The translations under genes were made by a program, and so were the position numbers. From NCBI GenBank assembly GCA_964035545.1, contig OZ037769.1, forward strand, positions 11,190,633 through 11,254,632: a stretch of DNA of 64,000 bases, written 5' to 3'. The notes below the pieces were generated by a model. The model did not search any database. It saw only the letters and a list, made by a program, of their open reading frames with translations, and was not told the DNA's origin. Positions 1 to 25,901 of this stretch are shown piece by piece (positions within the stretch are counted from its first letter, which is position 1; each line of letters starts with the position of its first letter). This DNA comes from Bugula neritina. Taxonomy: Eukaryota; Animalia; Bryozoa.

Positions 1-673
1 ACATTTTTATCTGGTGTTGGCTTTAAAGAGCAAACAAAGAGTAGCGTTTCTTGTAAGAAGTGACCTGATGCAGTGTTGAGATGCAGAAAATATTTTTGTA
101 ATTGGCTGTTTGTCTTTTACCCCAAAACAATATGCTCACATTATTGCAAAGAACCAGTAGCTTTACATAATATGTAGTTTATACAAGTAGTAAAAAAGTT
201 TACAAGTGGAAAAATATCCCTGCTAGTTTATGATATTTTATAGTTTTTTTTTATCAGTTCATACCTTTTTCCTACTTTAATTTGACCGGCCTAGTTTCAA
301 CAGCTTCTCTGATTTCATTTCTACATTATATAAAAATGTGTAGCTAGCGTAATTTTATTGTTTGCTATCTACTGATTTAAGTGTTTATCTTTTATGAACA
401 AGCATACAGTAAAAACTTATGATGAGGACAATATTTAAACAGCAATAACCAGCCGACTATTATGGCTCAGACTGACTATTATATAGGGTGCTTACCGCTA
501 ATTTTTTTACACACCAGACAGATTTCTTTGACCAATTTTTTCAAACTTCCTGCTCATATAGGTACAGGCTAAATGATATTGCATGCAACTCACCAACTCT
601 CTGCCAGTTATTACAAAACTATTAAATCTTGCAGATATACTGCCAAAGCGGCAGCAGTGTCAGCCAAGTGACA

Positions 674-13227
<12,554 letters not shown>

Positions 13228-15218
13228 GTATGCAGTTTACATTTATATATAATTCATGTTATTTGAGTGATATGAACCCCGTCCCAATATATTAAACTGG
13301 TCCCAATGAAACTTATAACGTACGTATCATATTTATTTTATTTAATATGTGCGAACAAGTTATAACCTACACTTAGTACTAGTGCTTTTATGCAATTTTA
13401 TTACATGCTTATAATATTATGTATAGTATTCGAAAATAGTGCTAGAACTTTTGGCAATTTTTTTTCTCTTAAATGATTCTAATTGCTACTAGAATGGCTA
13501 CGGTAGCTATGCAAGTAATGGATTTTTCATTCAGCGCATGGGGACAGTGTCAATGGAATGACATCACAACCATAAATAAGTTAATATTGACATTTCGAAG
13601 AAAAGTAAAACTATTATGTATCATATTTGTTGGTTCCATTAATGTAGCAATTTGTTAACATGCAAATGTTTTATAAAAAAGCTGTGGGAAAATGTATGCT
13701 GTTGAAATAAACAGTGCTTCCAAATGTCCCCTCAACACCAAAGCACATTGACAAAAGTAAAGAAAATTTTGCAAATAATAAGCTTTGCTGCATATATATA
13801 TTATTTTTGTTTTGTTTTCATAAAAAAATATGCTAAAAGTTATTAATTTACAATCATTCGCTAATCTTAAGCATACTCATGAAAGCAATAGTTATACATA
13901 TTCACATTATTCTCATCTTCAAGCAGAAAAAGAACTTGGAAGTTGTGAAATGACATAAATTGATCAAGTTATGCCTACCTCAATGTGTACTTATTTGAAT
14001 ATATATGCATGTAAATGGGAGCCTACACTATTAACATAGTTTCTGTTACATAAACATTTATTTTCAGTAGAGTCTAATCTTATATAATACTATATAATAT
14101 TATTTGTAGAATAAATAAAATGGTTATGCTTGGACACGAAACATTGCCAATAAACTGAAAACTCTCAACTCTACAGTCCCTGCATAGCTTTTTTGGGAAT
14201 TCTTCAGTTATGAATAGAAGCTAAAGCTTTGCTGTTTTACCAGAACTATATTCTAATTTTCAAAAAAAAAGAAAACTAATGTGCATTAAATTTAAATTAT
14301 CATAGACTGAGTTGGTATAAGTCGTATATTTGATGCTATTTGATTGTAGCAGCCTGTGTAAATGCCTGTTATAGATTTTATTCACTTTCTGGCATATATA
14401 ATGTATTTAAGATAATTTGACTTGAGAGCTGGTTGGGCTAATTATGTGAGGTATTGCTGATCTGGTTTCGCATTCTACAATCTGTAACAATTGCCAACGA
14501 TATGGTGATTTTGCCCGAGATATGCTGCAGCACACACTACTTTACTACAAGCAAATTATGGAGCTTACTATTATACCCTCAAGCAGAGAAATGACAACTC
14601 CCGAGTAACGTACTCTGCAAAAATTAGTGTATAATTTTTATCTTTGGTATTTTATATTGATCTCTGTTTTGTGATGCAATATGTAATATCTTTTTATATA
14701 GTTATTAGTTCTTGCAACTACCTAGTTTTTTTTTATTGCTATTTTGAATCATACCTTATATTGCATAATTGCGTATGCATTTTCAAAAGGCCATTAGGTT
14801 AGATCAAATAGTTGCTATTGTGCAATTAAAATTTGTAAAGTTATTGCAAAGAACGAATTATAATACAAATACAAAATTCTATGATGCTGCATGGCCACAT
14901 TCTTTTGTTTAAGACATAATAACTATAAACAAATAATTTAAAAAAATAAAAAATTGTTGAAGCAAAACTGTATGTATAAGATTTTTCAAGTTGGCCTATG
15001 CAACCCCTGAACTAAATGCATGTTAGCATAATAAAAATTGATACTGAGCAGCTTTTAACCACAATAATCTTTATGCCATCATAACAGATTTTACTAAATA
15101 ACAATTTTCATACATGTTGTAAACATGGCAGCAATAGAATACAATATGCAAATGTCAAGGTTGAAAGAGGAAGACTTGAGTGATAATAATAATTGTTTTT
15201 TAATAAAAATGTTCAAGT

Positions 15219-18200
15219 TTAGAAGAGTGCAGACAACTCTTCATCTGTCAGGCCATTGCATATCATAATTCTTTCTAGATTGCGTAGATATTGTTCTCTA
15301 TCTAACAGGAAGCCGGGTATTCTAGTGCCGGAATACACAGCCCTGTCTAGTAGCTTGTCAACATCCCTGAGCGATACTTTGCCTAGTCTGTATAAATTCT
15401 CAAAGTCAATCTCTTTGCGCCGACACAGAATTTCTAAGATTCCTGGCAAATACATCTGGTCTTTAGGAAAGCAACCTGTAAGAAGTGCATTCAATGCACA
15501 TAATGGGTTACTTTGATTGACTAATTGATTTATTACATATCACAGACATGAAAACATGTTGCGAAGTTCAGTGTAAATAGTGGCCATAAGAAGTAGAAAT
15601 GAACAAAATTGGAAAAAGAACTTTGGTTTGCAAAGTTTAATGAAGTTGTAGAAGAAACAGTTAGATCAGCTTCTTTTTTAGTCTCCATGTGTCAAAAGCT
15701 ACCATGATTATGCTAATGGAAATGATTAATTTATGGTTGCAGTTTTCATAAACTTATGGTTGTAGTTTCATTGATGCAACTGTTTCCAAACACTGAATGA
15801 AAAATCCATTCGCATAGTGGAAAGCTTGGAAACTACCTGCTCCATGTTACATGATTTTGAAAAATAAACATGGCTCTGATTGCGACCTTTGCCCTGTGAC
15901 TGACCTGGCTGACTCGTGTCTGTTTGGCCTCGTTTAGCTCGCATTAAGTAGCTCCATCTGGCATCTGGAGTATCAATGTACTTCTTCAAACACTCATAGG
16001 TCTGCAAAATAAGTCAACATCCTGTGTGTGCTATCAGTTAATAATGAATAATATATGAATCACACAGTATATTATAGTATGAGTAGCTAGTATAACATAA
16101 TATTATAGTATTGTACTGCAGTATATTATAGTATGAGTAGCTAGTATAACATAATATTATAGTATTGTACTGCAGTATATTATAGTATGAGTAGCTAGTA
16201 TAACATAATATTATAGTATTGTACTGCAGTATATTATAGTATGAGTAGCTAATATAACATAATATTATAGTATTGTAGTATATTATATTATAGTATGAGT
16301 AGGTAGGGTAACATAATATTATACTATTGTAGTATATTATATTATATAGTATGAGTAGCTAGTATAACATACATAATATAGTATTATACTGTAGTATATT
16401 ATATTATAGCATGAGTAGTTAGTATCAAGCTGGTATCACCAATATAAACTAATCACATATCAAATTTATCAACACTTGACATACAAAGTTACTTCTAAAA
16501 TAGGGTTTTGAAAGGAAAACGGTGTAAAACATTTTTATAACTTGCATTGCCAGTTGTCTTGATACAAATTGTATTTCTTAAACATACAAATTCATTTTAA
16601 AAATAAAATCCCGTTCTGAAGTTTTAACAACTTTACTTTTACAGTATTTCAAGTTGCAAACAGTATTTTGACAAAACCCAGCTTATATAATAACCAGTCT
16701 AAGTATAGGTTTACACATTTATAATTCTTAGTCAAAAAACAAGTTTTTACTAGCCTAGGTTACTTTGCTCAAATCACTTTCTCATATATTTTCAATAACA
16801 AGTCCAAAAAGACCAAATGGTTTTAGGTAAATCCAAGGGCATCTAGCCATTTCAAACTGTAGGTAATTTAAAACCTATTCTGTTAATGAAGAAACATGAT
16901 ATGTTGCTATTTACCTGCGAGAAAGACATTTGCGAGGCTAAATACACAGTAATATACATGAGCGCTGACTTGATGAGCACAGGCTGCTCTCTATCGATGT
17001 GAGTGTTCAAGGATGCCAGACCTTCCTCCGTGGGGTTGGCTGGCAACATGCCAAACTTCTTTCTCACCTTCTTAGAGCTCCACTTTTGTTTTCGATTATT
17101 ATATGCTCGTAGATAGTGTGTACCTAAATATCATAACAACTTTAGCAGGTAATTTCTGTTGGAAAGTTCATTTCTAAAAGGAGAGAAATATGAACTTAAA
17201 AGGAATTTTTGTAAAAATACTACAAATATTGCATGGTTAAAAGTGACTGGCTTGATGCAAATTTCAAGTTTCTAAGGTGTATATTAAGTTATTAGAAAAG
17301 TTTAAGCCATATTTAATAATGAAAAAGATTTTCACTAGCATTGAATGCCTTGTGGTGTTTGGCAAACTGATCAGGTATGATTAACTGCATTGATTGACTT
17401 GCACTTGAACATTGACGTTCAAGTTGATTAACCATTGATTCGACTTGGACCCAGCTCTGTATTTCACTCCACAGGTATGATTACAACACCTATTTCATGA
17501 TTCAGCATGCCACTGATCCAGTTTCTGTGAGTTGTGCCTTCTTTAATGTTGATAGTCGGTTTCCCTCCAACTCTGCTCATTGAAGCATTTGATAGAATAT
17601 GTTGTGTGATGTTAATCTAGAAAGTGAAATTAGAATCAAAATTACATCTCATAAAATGCAATGATGAAGGTTATATTATTTGTAATACTTGAAACTATTT
17701 CCAAGAAAAAAGTAATGCTGCTTAAAGTTACAAATTGCTTTTTCAAGCAATTCCTGTCGACTGATTTCAAAACTAACTTCCAAAATATATTATTTTGATG
17801 CGCTGCCGCAATTACATCAGGCAACTGCAAAAATATTCAGTTGATGCAAAACACAATGTGCTGCCAGATTCATTCTGAATGTCATTATATTGAAAACAGC
17901 AATGAATAACAATGACAAGCAACACAGAATAATTCATACACAAACAACAAAAATAAGCATCGTGAGTGATGTGTAATATTATATAGAAATGTATTACATT
18001 TTGCATGTAATTTATTAATGCTGAAAAGGATGTAAACATGAATAGATCGCAGTAACTAATTCATGCTTGATTATGACCAATATTTTCATACTATCAAGTA
18101 TTCTCAATAATTATAGCTTATTGAAACGCTGCAAATTTGTCCTACAAAGTAACAATAGTAATTTTTGAAGAACATAAACATCAATAATTAGTTTCATAAA

Positions 18201-19745
18201 TCTGAGGTTACGAACTTTCAAAATTACAACTTATTGATCCATAAAGAGCTAGTTTATTATTAAAACCTTACTTCTAGTAATATATTAATTATATAATATA
18301 TATTCATGAATCTAATTGACGCTTATCTTAAAATGAAAGCTGATTGTTTAAATTGTCTCAGCTGAAGCAAGTAATTATTTTTTGTGGAATATGATCTAGA
18401 TTCTAGATTATAACGCATCTCTAATGTAAAAATTCCCACCTATAAAGTGATGCTCTCAATAAATTGTGTTATTTAGAGATGGTATAACCACTAGGTGGTA
18501 ACCAGGTCATACATATCTGCCAAAAGTTGAGATCATGATTATTGCTCCCTCTATTACTAACAACTGAGTGGCATAATATATTCTATCAGAACATTAAACA
18601 CTTACATATACTAAGTCAGCAGAAATATTTAAACTACAAAAAAGTTAGAGTCTTTCCAAATTGAATCATTTGCATGACCCTTAAAACCTAACTGGAATAA
18701 CCATGATACCTACATTTCTAGCATAAACAAGTTTTTGCTGACAAAGTTTGTGTATTTAATAGGAATGCAATTTACAAATTTACAAGTCTCGCAGATAAAA
18801 CATGTTTCTGTGCATAAATACACAACTTTTAACCGGTTCAGCCAATCAGAATGCAGAAAAACTGTGAAAATCATCTGATTGTTTAAAAGTTCGAAACATG
18901 CAACACATGCTATGTTTTGGTAATGCCAGTATTTTTAAAAGAAATGTGACGGTGTAAAACAATCATGCTTTCACAAAAACCTCCAAACATGGCCAAGCTT
19001 TTACTAACAATTATAATTTATATTGACTAGCTACTATATATAATCATGAGAATAAGAAGAGTGTTAACTAAGCAGAAATTAAACAATATACAAGATACAA
19101 AACTTGCCTGAACCTCATAACCCAGGCCTTCATATTGTAAATACTTTCTAACAGATTTCCGAACTTCTTCACTGGTCATAATCTCCCCACCACTAACTTT
19201 CTCCCATCTTGAGTAAGTTCCAAAGATTTTTAATGCGTTTTCCAAAATCTTATAAGCCTATGACAGGGAATGACACAATTTAATACTTTCTATAAAAATT
19301 GGGCCTAACTTGAATTAAAAACGGTATTATAGATACTTTGGGCAACTTCATAACTAAAATATATAATAAAAAGCACAATATGAGCAGACAATATTCTTAA
19401 AGCAATAACTGAATAATTAGTTTGAAAATAACTGGAATTAGTGTAGACTATGCCAATTCAAATTACCTGCTCTAAATACTTGGTTGATGGTTCACCATAG
19501 CGGGTCACTTTGTCAGTTTCAACTCCATTACTGTAAATAAACTGAGGATTGTACTTCCCTCTGCATTTGAAAAACTTTTCCTTTTCATTTTCAAGGTTCA
19601 AAGGTCTCACTGCAACCAATAGGGGTAGAGATTGTTTCTTCTTAGACCTTCTTAGACTAGCAGAGCAGCTTTTACCAGCAGATGGCGAGCTAGAAGTTCT
19701 AATAGTCACAGGAGACAATTTTGGCCTTTGACAAAGGGAGCTCAT
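15219..19745 (-). CDS. MATCAP1: MATCAP/KIAA0895-family microtubule-associated tyrosine carboxypeptidase (zinc metallopeptidase), about 372 aa
   Basis: Exons 19745-19467, 19257-19108, 17616-17490, 17123-16915, 16001-15905, 15475-15219 sum to 373 codons. Motifs LLVAVRPLN..EKEKFF..YNPQFIY, FGTY..SGG, GMLNHEIG|THYLR (HExxxH), PANPTEEGLASL, RAKRGQTDTSQPGCFPKDQMYL..GKVS resemble human KIAA0895L as recalled. MATCAP1 vs MATCAP2 orthology not resolvable. Confidence 0.92.
16065..16420. repeat. About 54-bp minisatellite (cagtatattatagtatgagtagctagtataacataatattatagtattgtactg)
   Basis: Four near-perfect copies followed by degenerate copies. Confidence 0.9.
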
Positions 19746-20499
19746 ATCCAGCACTTTGCTACATCAGCTTTCATCAAGACTATCTAAAGCATATGATGTC
19801 ATAATATATATAACATAACACTACAAACATTTAATACATTAAAAACATAAACATAAAAAATAAATCTACTTACAGCTCTAACAAAAACTTTGTGCTAGCC
19901 AATTGACTAGTAATTGCCAAAAATTCAGATGCTATCAAATATTGCAATGGCCAACTTTGTAAGCAATGGACAGAAATTTCAAATTTTCTGCTGTTTTTTA
20001 TCGTTAACTTATGTAATTTTTCATAACTATAGGGTGATTATTATTTAATTTTTCTCTTATCATGTAACATTGTACAACTAGCTGTAATTGTGCTACCCTT
20101 GCCATATATTTGTTTTTGAAACCATATGGTACCTACAAGTACATTGTCCATAACTACATGAGCTGTTTAACCATTTTCTGGTTTATATAAAGTTGTGTTT
20201 CCAAATAGTCTGTTAGGCCTCTCAGTGGCAGAGAAGTATAAAACTATCCCTTCATAATTACCATTACAAAAAATGAAAAATGCTAATCGCTAACATCAAT
20301 ATAGTATGATTACAGCACGTAACTCACCTCATAAAAATTAGAACACTCTGCTAACACAGGTCTACAAGCGCAAAATTATGAGTGCCTCTTATGTTGTTTT
20401 TGTTTGGATTTATCATGTGTTGAAATGTATCTATTCTAGCATGTAGCTAAGTTTGTATATTTTAATTGTAATGCAAAGGGGTTTTAGCACATAGCTAAG

Positions 20500-21235
20500 C
20501 TGAGTTTGTGTTATGAGGTGGTATCCTCAAATATCTAATGCTTCGAGGGAGAAAACTGTCGTGAAAGGTCTGTGAGGATGCAGAAATTGATGTTGGTTCC
20601 CCTCTCTAAGCAGATCGAGTGTTTATTGACCGATTTGAATTTAATAGTGCATCATTAGCAGATGAAAGCGTTTCATGGTGCTCTTCATCCGAGAGTATTC
20701 TCATTAACAAAGTTATTCTGTGGTCTCTTTGTCGGCCCGCAAGAGTTTTAAGCTGCAATTCAGTTCAAGCGCCGCTGATGCTACACCTTCCTTTGAAGTT
20801 AGCAATAAACCTGATGGCTTGATTTTGAGCATGTTCAATTTCCTTACAGGCACGATTGTTAGTCAGATCCCACAACACATCTGCATACTCAAGGATAGGT
20901 CTACATGGACTAAGGTATGCAATAAATTTTGCCTTCATGGGTGCATTGTAGATCGTATGCTTGATACAGCCAAGTATTTTGCTTGCATTGTTGACTTTAG
21001 ATGTGTCTGTCAAACTTTAGGTTAGACTGCATGATTACACCAAGATATTTGGCTTCTTTAATTGTTCTAAGAGTGGTGTCACTAAGTGAATATAGATGGG
21101 AGGTGTCATCAGTTTTACCAAATATAATCACTTCGCACTTATCGGTATTAAATGGCATTTTCCATTTAAGTGACCAGTTATAAAGTGAGTTTAGGTCTCT
21201 CTGAAAGGCTTGCTGTTGTATTTTGTTGTTAATAA
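20500..21235 (-). mobile_element. 5'-truncated, mutated non-LTR retrotransposon fragment (C-terminal part of RT ORF2), related to the element at 22658-26029
   Basis: WSLKWKMPFN..KYLGV..QSNLKFDRHI*, ASKILGCIKH..YNAP..CRPILEYADVLWD, SFLPRSIR align with the 23802-25901 ORF; contains an in-frame stop. Confidence 0.88.
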
Positions 21236-22170
21236 TAAACATAATTGAATTTTATTGTAATTTATAATACTAACTATAACTTATAATCATTATAGCACAT
21301 AATGGTTAAAATGAATAATTATAATAATCGATAGCAATAGTAATTTTGGAACTAGCAGACTGTTACTGAAATTATACATAATGATATGTCTATGGACAAC
21401 TACAAGCATTAGCATTAGACTTAGTTTGTATGTAATCATATTGACAAAGATCAATTATGTTTGTGATTTCAATTAAGTTAACTGTAATAATCATAATGAT
21501 TTTATGGATTCTATAATGGTATTACTCGTATAAATATCAAATATAAAATTAATTTTGAGTATCAATAAGTATTAGTATAACTATAAGTATAAGTATACGT
21601 TTGAATATGATTGTAACTGTATGAGTGTAAGTTGAAACTGAAAGACAATAACGCATGCATTTAAAAATTCATTGTAGATAGGAAAATGATTAGCGCAATC
21701 TAATCAAGAATATTTGTCAAATAAAAATTCTAGAGATTTCCAGTCGTGAAAACTAACGAGGTGCAGCAAACAAATTGCTCTTGTGAAAAATGAAAGCCCC
21801 TTTTCCTTACTACGAATGTTTACTATAACAACGGAAAGACTGAGAATACATGGATGTACCATGACACTTTTGCATAGAGTTATCTCCCTCGGGTATTGGA
21901 TGTAAAATTGCATGTAAAGATAACTTTGCAACATTGTAACTTTGTAACTCAATAGGAACCATTACGATATTTCTATAATGATCACAAATAAGATTTAGAC
22001 TTATTGTTAGATTTCAAATAAATAACTTAAATTTGCATTAATAATATTAGTTATCTGCAATTGCCTATTAAGAGTAATTTACATTTTAAATAACATTTTT
22101 TACATTTTACAATTTATGAACAGCTAGCATTTGGAATCTTATACTCATGCTTTTGTTTCCGCAGAAATAT

Positions 22171-22188
22171 GCCTCTAGATGGCGCTGT
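22171..22188 (+). promoter_or_regulatory. CTCF-like motif (CCTCTAGATGGCGCT) in the probable shared upstream/promoter region of the divergent MATCAP and GNAI genes
   Basis: Resembles the bilaterian CTCF core CCNNTAGATGGCGC; lies in a small relatively CpG-containing island; both flanking genes have splice acceptors upstream of their ATG (19784 and 28565), so non-coding first exons must lie between them. Confidence 0.35.
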
Positions 22189-22700
22189 AATAACGACCCC
22201 ATTTGAAGTTAAGGACACAATTTCTACGGTACTCTGGAAGTGTATTGGCAATCACCACTATCACTGTTATTGGTGGCTCCGTTCAGAAAACTTAGTACTA
22301 TACTGATACTCTACAGTACGCTTATTACTATTAGTAACAAAAACAACTTTTGAAAGGACCTAACAGTAATAATATTACAATTTCATAATCATAATAATAC
22401 TAATAGATAATCATAACACTAATACTAATAGTAATACTAATACTAATAGTAATAGTAATACAGATTGAGATACTAGTAGTAGTAGTACACTAGTAGTAGT
22501 AGTAATACTAATAGTAATACTAATAATGTAATAGTAATACTAATACTAATAGTAATAGTCATACTATAACTATTACTATAAGTATAACTGTTAGTATTAC
22601 CATTAGCATTAGTATTACTATTAGTATTACAGTTACTATTACTATTAGTAATAGTAAGAACATTGACAAGAATAAACAGATTGCAGCGGATGCAAAAACA

Positions 22701-23180
22701 TTGATAGAAAAGAGTCACCAACTGAGGGAAGAAGAAAGTAGGAAGAGCAACGCTATCGTTACCGGGGTCACTGAGAAAGATGGTAAAACAGCAATGGAGC
22801 AGGTACAAGAACTAATGAGAATGGAATGTTTTACCAAAACCAACTCACCAACTCAGGCTTTTAGGCTAGGAAAAAAAACAGAAAATGATGTACAAAAACG
22901 TCCAATCAAGGTGAGATTTGAGGATGAGCAATCAAAATGGGAGTTCGTTAAAAGGTTCAACAATCAAATACTGAGAGAACAAGGTATTTACTGCAGACTT
23001 GATGAAAGCAAAGAAATCCGAAATCAACAATTCCAGCTGAGAAAGGAAGTTAACAGGCTTAGAGAGGAAAATACATCTACAGCATATCGAGTGAGAGACA
23101 TGCATATACAAGAAAAGCAAGCCTCGGGGGAATGGAAAATAATGAAACAAGTCCGGCAAAAGAGAGTGACGGAATGCTGA
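22701..23180 (+). CDS. LINE ORF1 (RRM-type nucleic-acid-binding protein), N-terminally truncated
   Basis: NAIVTGVTE..AFRLGK..RPIKVRF..LDESKEIR motifs typical of CR1/L2 ORF1; frame stays open upstream to the insertion junction with no ATG. Confidence 0.75.
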   Translation: MIEKSHQLREEESRKSNAIVTGVTEKDGKTAMEQVQELMRMECFTKTNSPTQAFRLGKKTENDVQKRPIKVRFEDEQSKWEFVKRFNNQILREQGIYCRLDESKEIRNQQFQLRKEVNRLREENTSTAYRVRDMHIQEKQASGEWKIMKQVRQKRVTEC

Positions 23181-25901
23181 AAGTATTCCTCGCCAACACT
23201 AGATCTGTTAAAGGTAAAACCACTGAACTGCAATTTCTCACCACAGATTCTGACATAATTTGTCTCACTGAAACACACCTAGATGACACAATACCTAATA
23301 GCAATATTCTACCAATCAAGAACAAAACAGTATTTCGTCGTGATCGCAACATTTGTGGGGGTGGAGTTATGGTGGCTGTATGCGACCGTTTAAATCCCAA
23401 ACTAGTGGATCTTAGTGAGTATAGGGAAGAGGTGGTAGCAGTGAAAATTCAACCACGAATGGTCATCTGCTGTTACTACAGACCTTATGTACATCTCTCC
23501 AACACAGATGTTATAAATGATATTTTGGATTACCTACAAAGAGAGTATCAAAGGCACACTATTTTGTTTGTTGGAGATATGAACTTTCCAGGGATTGACT
23601 GGAATACAAAAGCAGTAAAGCCCTTGACCCCATACAAAAAGATTCATCAGAATTTTCTTAATTTACTAAATACCCAAAAAATGACTCAAGTGGTAAAAGG
23701 ATCAACACCTTCTTGGTAACACGCTGGACTTAATATGCACCAACCAGCCTAACGTTATATGTGACACTGAGATCATAAGCCCAGGTCTTAGTGATCATTC
23801 ATTGATCATTACTCATGTCCAAAGTGCAACCACCGCTACCCTGAGAAAACCACAAACTTTCAGGCTGTACAAGAAAGCCAATCAAGAAGCATTTCAGGAA
23901 GATATGCAAAAAACATCAGAGGCATTAGCAGTTTTGGAGGACCCAGAGGAAATGTGGAATCTCTTCGCGGAAAACTTACAAAGAAGTATTGGTCAGCACG
24001 TCCCAATCAAGCAGCTGAAATCACCCCACCCCTCTGTCCCAGAGTGGTTCAATAAAAAAGCTATGAAAATCAAAGAAAGAGTAAGGAAGGCACATAGGCG
24101 ATCCAAAGTCAGCTCAAATAGCTTTGATCGTGAACAGTACAAAAAACTGAGAAGAGACGGGAAGAAAGAGCTGGAAGTAATACGAAAAACCTTTTACACA
24201 AACAGAATATATCGTCCACTAAAAAGAGGGAACTCAAAGCCTTTCTATAAACTGCTTAAAGCAGACAAAAACAAAAGACAAGAGCTATTGGTACTGAAGG
24301 ACGATCAAAATATAGTGACGGGAGATCCTGTCCAATGCGCTGAGTTGTTGAACACTTTTTTCCAGAGTCAGTTCCAGCTGGGCTTTATGGCAGAAGACTT
24401 CTCAAGGATTGAAACCGATGCCCAAGATTCTATTGATGTTACACCAGAAGGGGTTGCCAAACTTATCCAAAATTTGCCAAATGGAAAATCGCCAGGACCT
24501 GATGGAATTCGAAAGCCTGACATGCTCATAGACTTGGAGGGTACTGCTAGATGTCTTGCTCTGATCTACAAAAGTTCCTTAGACACAGGTAAACTGCCAA
24601 AACAGTGGAAACTTGCAAATGTCACACCAATACATAAAGGCGGGGACAGTGAATCTCCAAACAACTTTAGGCCCGTATCCCTGACAAGTATTCCCTGTAA
24701 AATGATGGAGCACATCGTGCTTCATCACCTCAATGAAAAGCTTGACAGTGTGCTTCATCATCGACAGCATGGTTTTAGGAAAGGACTGTCCTGCCAAACT
24801 CAACTGTGTGTTACCTACCATGACCTAGTAAAAGCAGCCGATGAAGGACATACTACCCATGCAGTAGTTATGGATTTCAAAAAGGCTTTTGACAAGGTAC
24901 CTCACCTTATGTTGCTCCAAAAATTACAAGAGATACCGGGTATAAATGGATACCTCCTTAACTGGATACTTGATTTTCTTTCCGACCGACAGCAGTCTGT
25001 TGTACTTAGAGGGGCAAGCTCTCAAAAGTGCCGAGTAACCTCAGGAGTGCCGCAGGGATCTGTGCTAGGCCCAATCCTGTTTTTGTGCTATATAAATGAT
25101 CTTCCGGATTTGTTGTCATGTAAAGTCAGCCTCTATGCTGATGACACTCTACTTTACCAAACTGTGAACACCACTAAGGATGCAGAACTATTCCAAACTA
25201 ACATTAACGCTGTATATGAGTGGTCTCTAAAATGGAAAATGCCCTTCAATGAACAGAAATGCCAAGCAATTAATTTTGGTAAGGTAACCCCTATATCACA
25301 CTACAAACTCGGTACCACATGCCTTGCGTGGGTACAAAACACTAAATACCTTGGGGTAACCATCCAGTCAAACCTAAAGTTTGATCAACACATAAATAAC
25401 AAGTGTACCAAGTCCCGGAAAATTCTTGGCGGCATCAAGCATTTGATGTATGACGCCCCAAAAGATGCTAAGCTATTGGCTTATACAAGTCTATGTAGGC
25501 CTATACTCGATTATGCGGATGTGGTCTGGGATCCTGCGGCTAGGGGTAAAGTGCATGATATAGAGCTGGTCCAGAACAGTGCCATACGATTTATAAGCAA
25601 TATGAAGGGACGTGCTGACAGTGTTTCTGAGGCGAGGGATGAGTTAGGACTCCGGTCGTTGGAAGACAGACGAAAAAATCATCGACTGTGTTTGCTGACC
25701 CGAATTCTTCAAAATGAGGATCAACACCAGTCTCTATCCAGAGCCTATGACGAAATAATTGAAGGCAGGGAACTTGTAACTGTAACCACTCGAGCAGCTG
25801 CCAGAGGAGAGCTTATCTCTATATCATCTAGGAAAAACTTATTCCACACTAGTTTTCTACCACGAACAATTCGTGAAATGCGCGGAGAATATAATAACTA
25901 A
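23132..25901 (+). pseudogene. LINE ORF2 (APE endonuclease + reverse transcriptase) with one frameshift near 23707
   Basis: APE: LANTRSV, ICLTETHL, RRDR, GGGVM, YYRP, GDMNFP, (shifted frame) GNTLDLI, GLSDH; RT: QHGFRKG, DFKKAFDKVPH, GVPQGSVLGP, YADD, KYLGV. ORFs 23132-23719 and 23802-25901 join if 2 bp are restored at tcaacacctt. Confidence 0.9.

Noticed and set aside
13473-13658. 61-aa ORF as the next STAT exon
   Set aside because: Phase is compatible, but its core matches an inverted repeat copy in the MATCAP intron and has no STAT similarity; left unresolved
19760-19802. Upstream ATG with in-frame TGA before MATCAP suggesting Sec or readthrough
   Set aside because: That ATG lies upstream of the splice acceptor at 19784, i.e. 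in the intron
23695-23720. Programmed ribosomal frameshift in LINE ORF2
   Set aside because: No slippery heptamer at the break; a 2-bp slippage deletion in ACACAC inside the APE domain explains it
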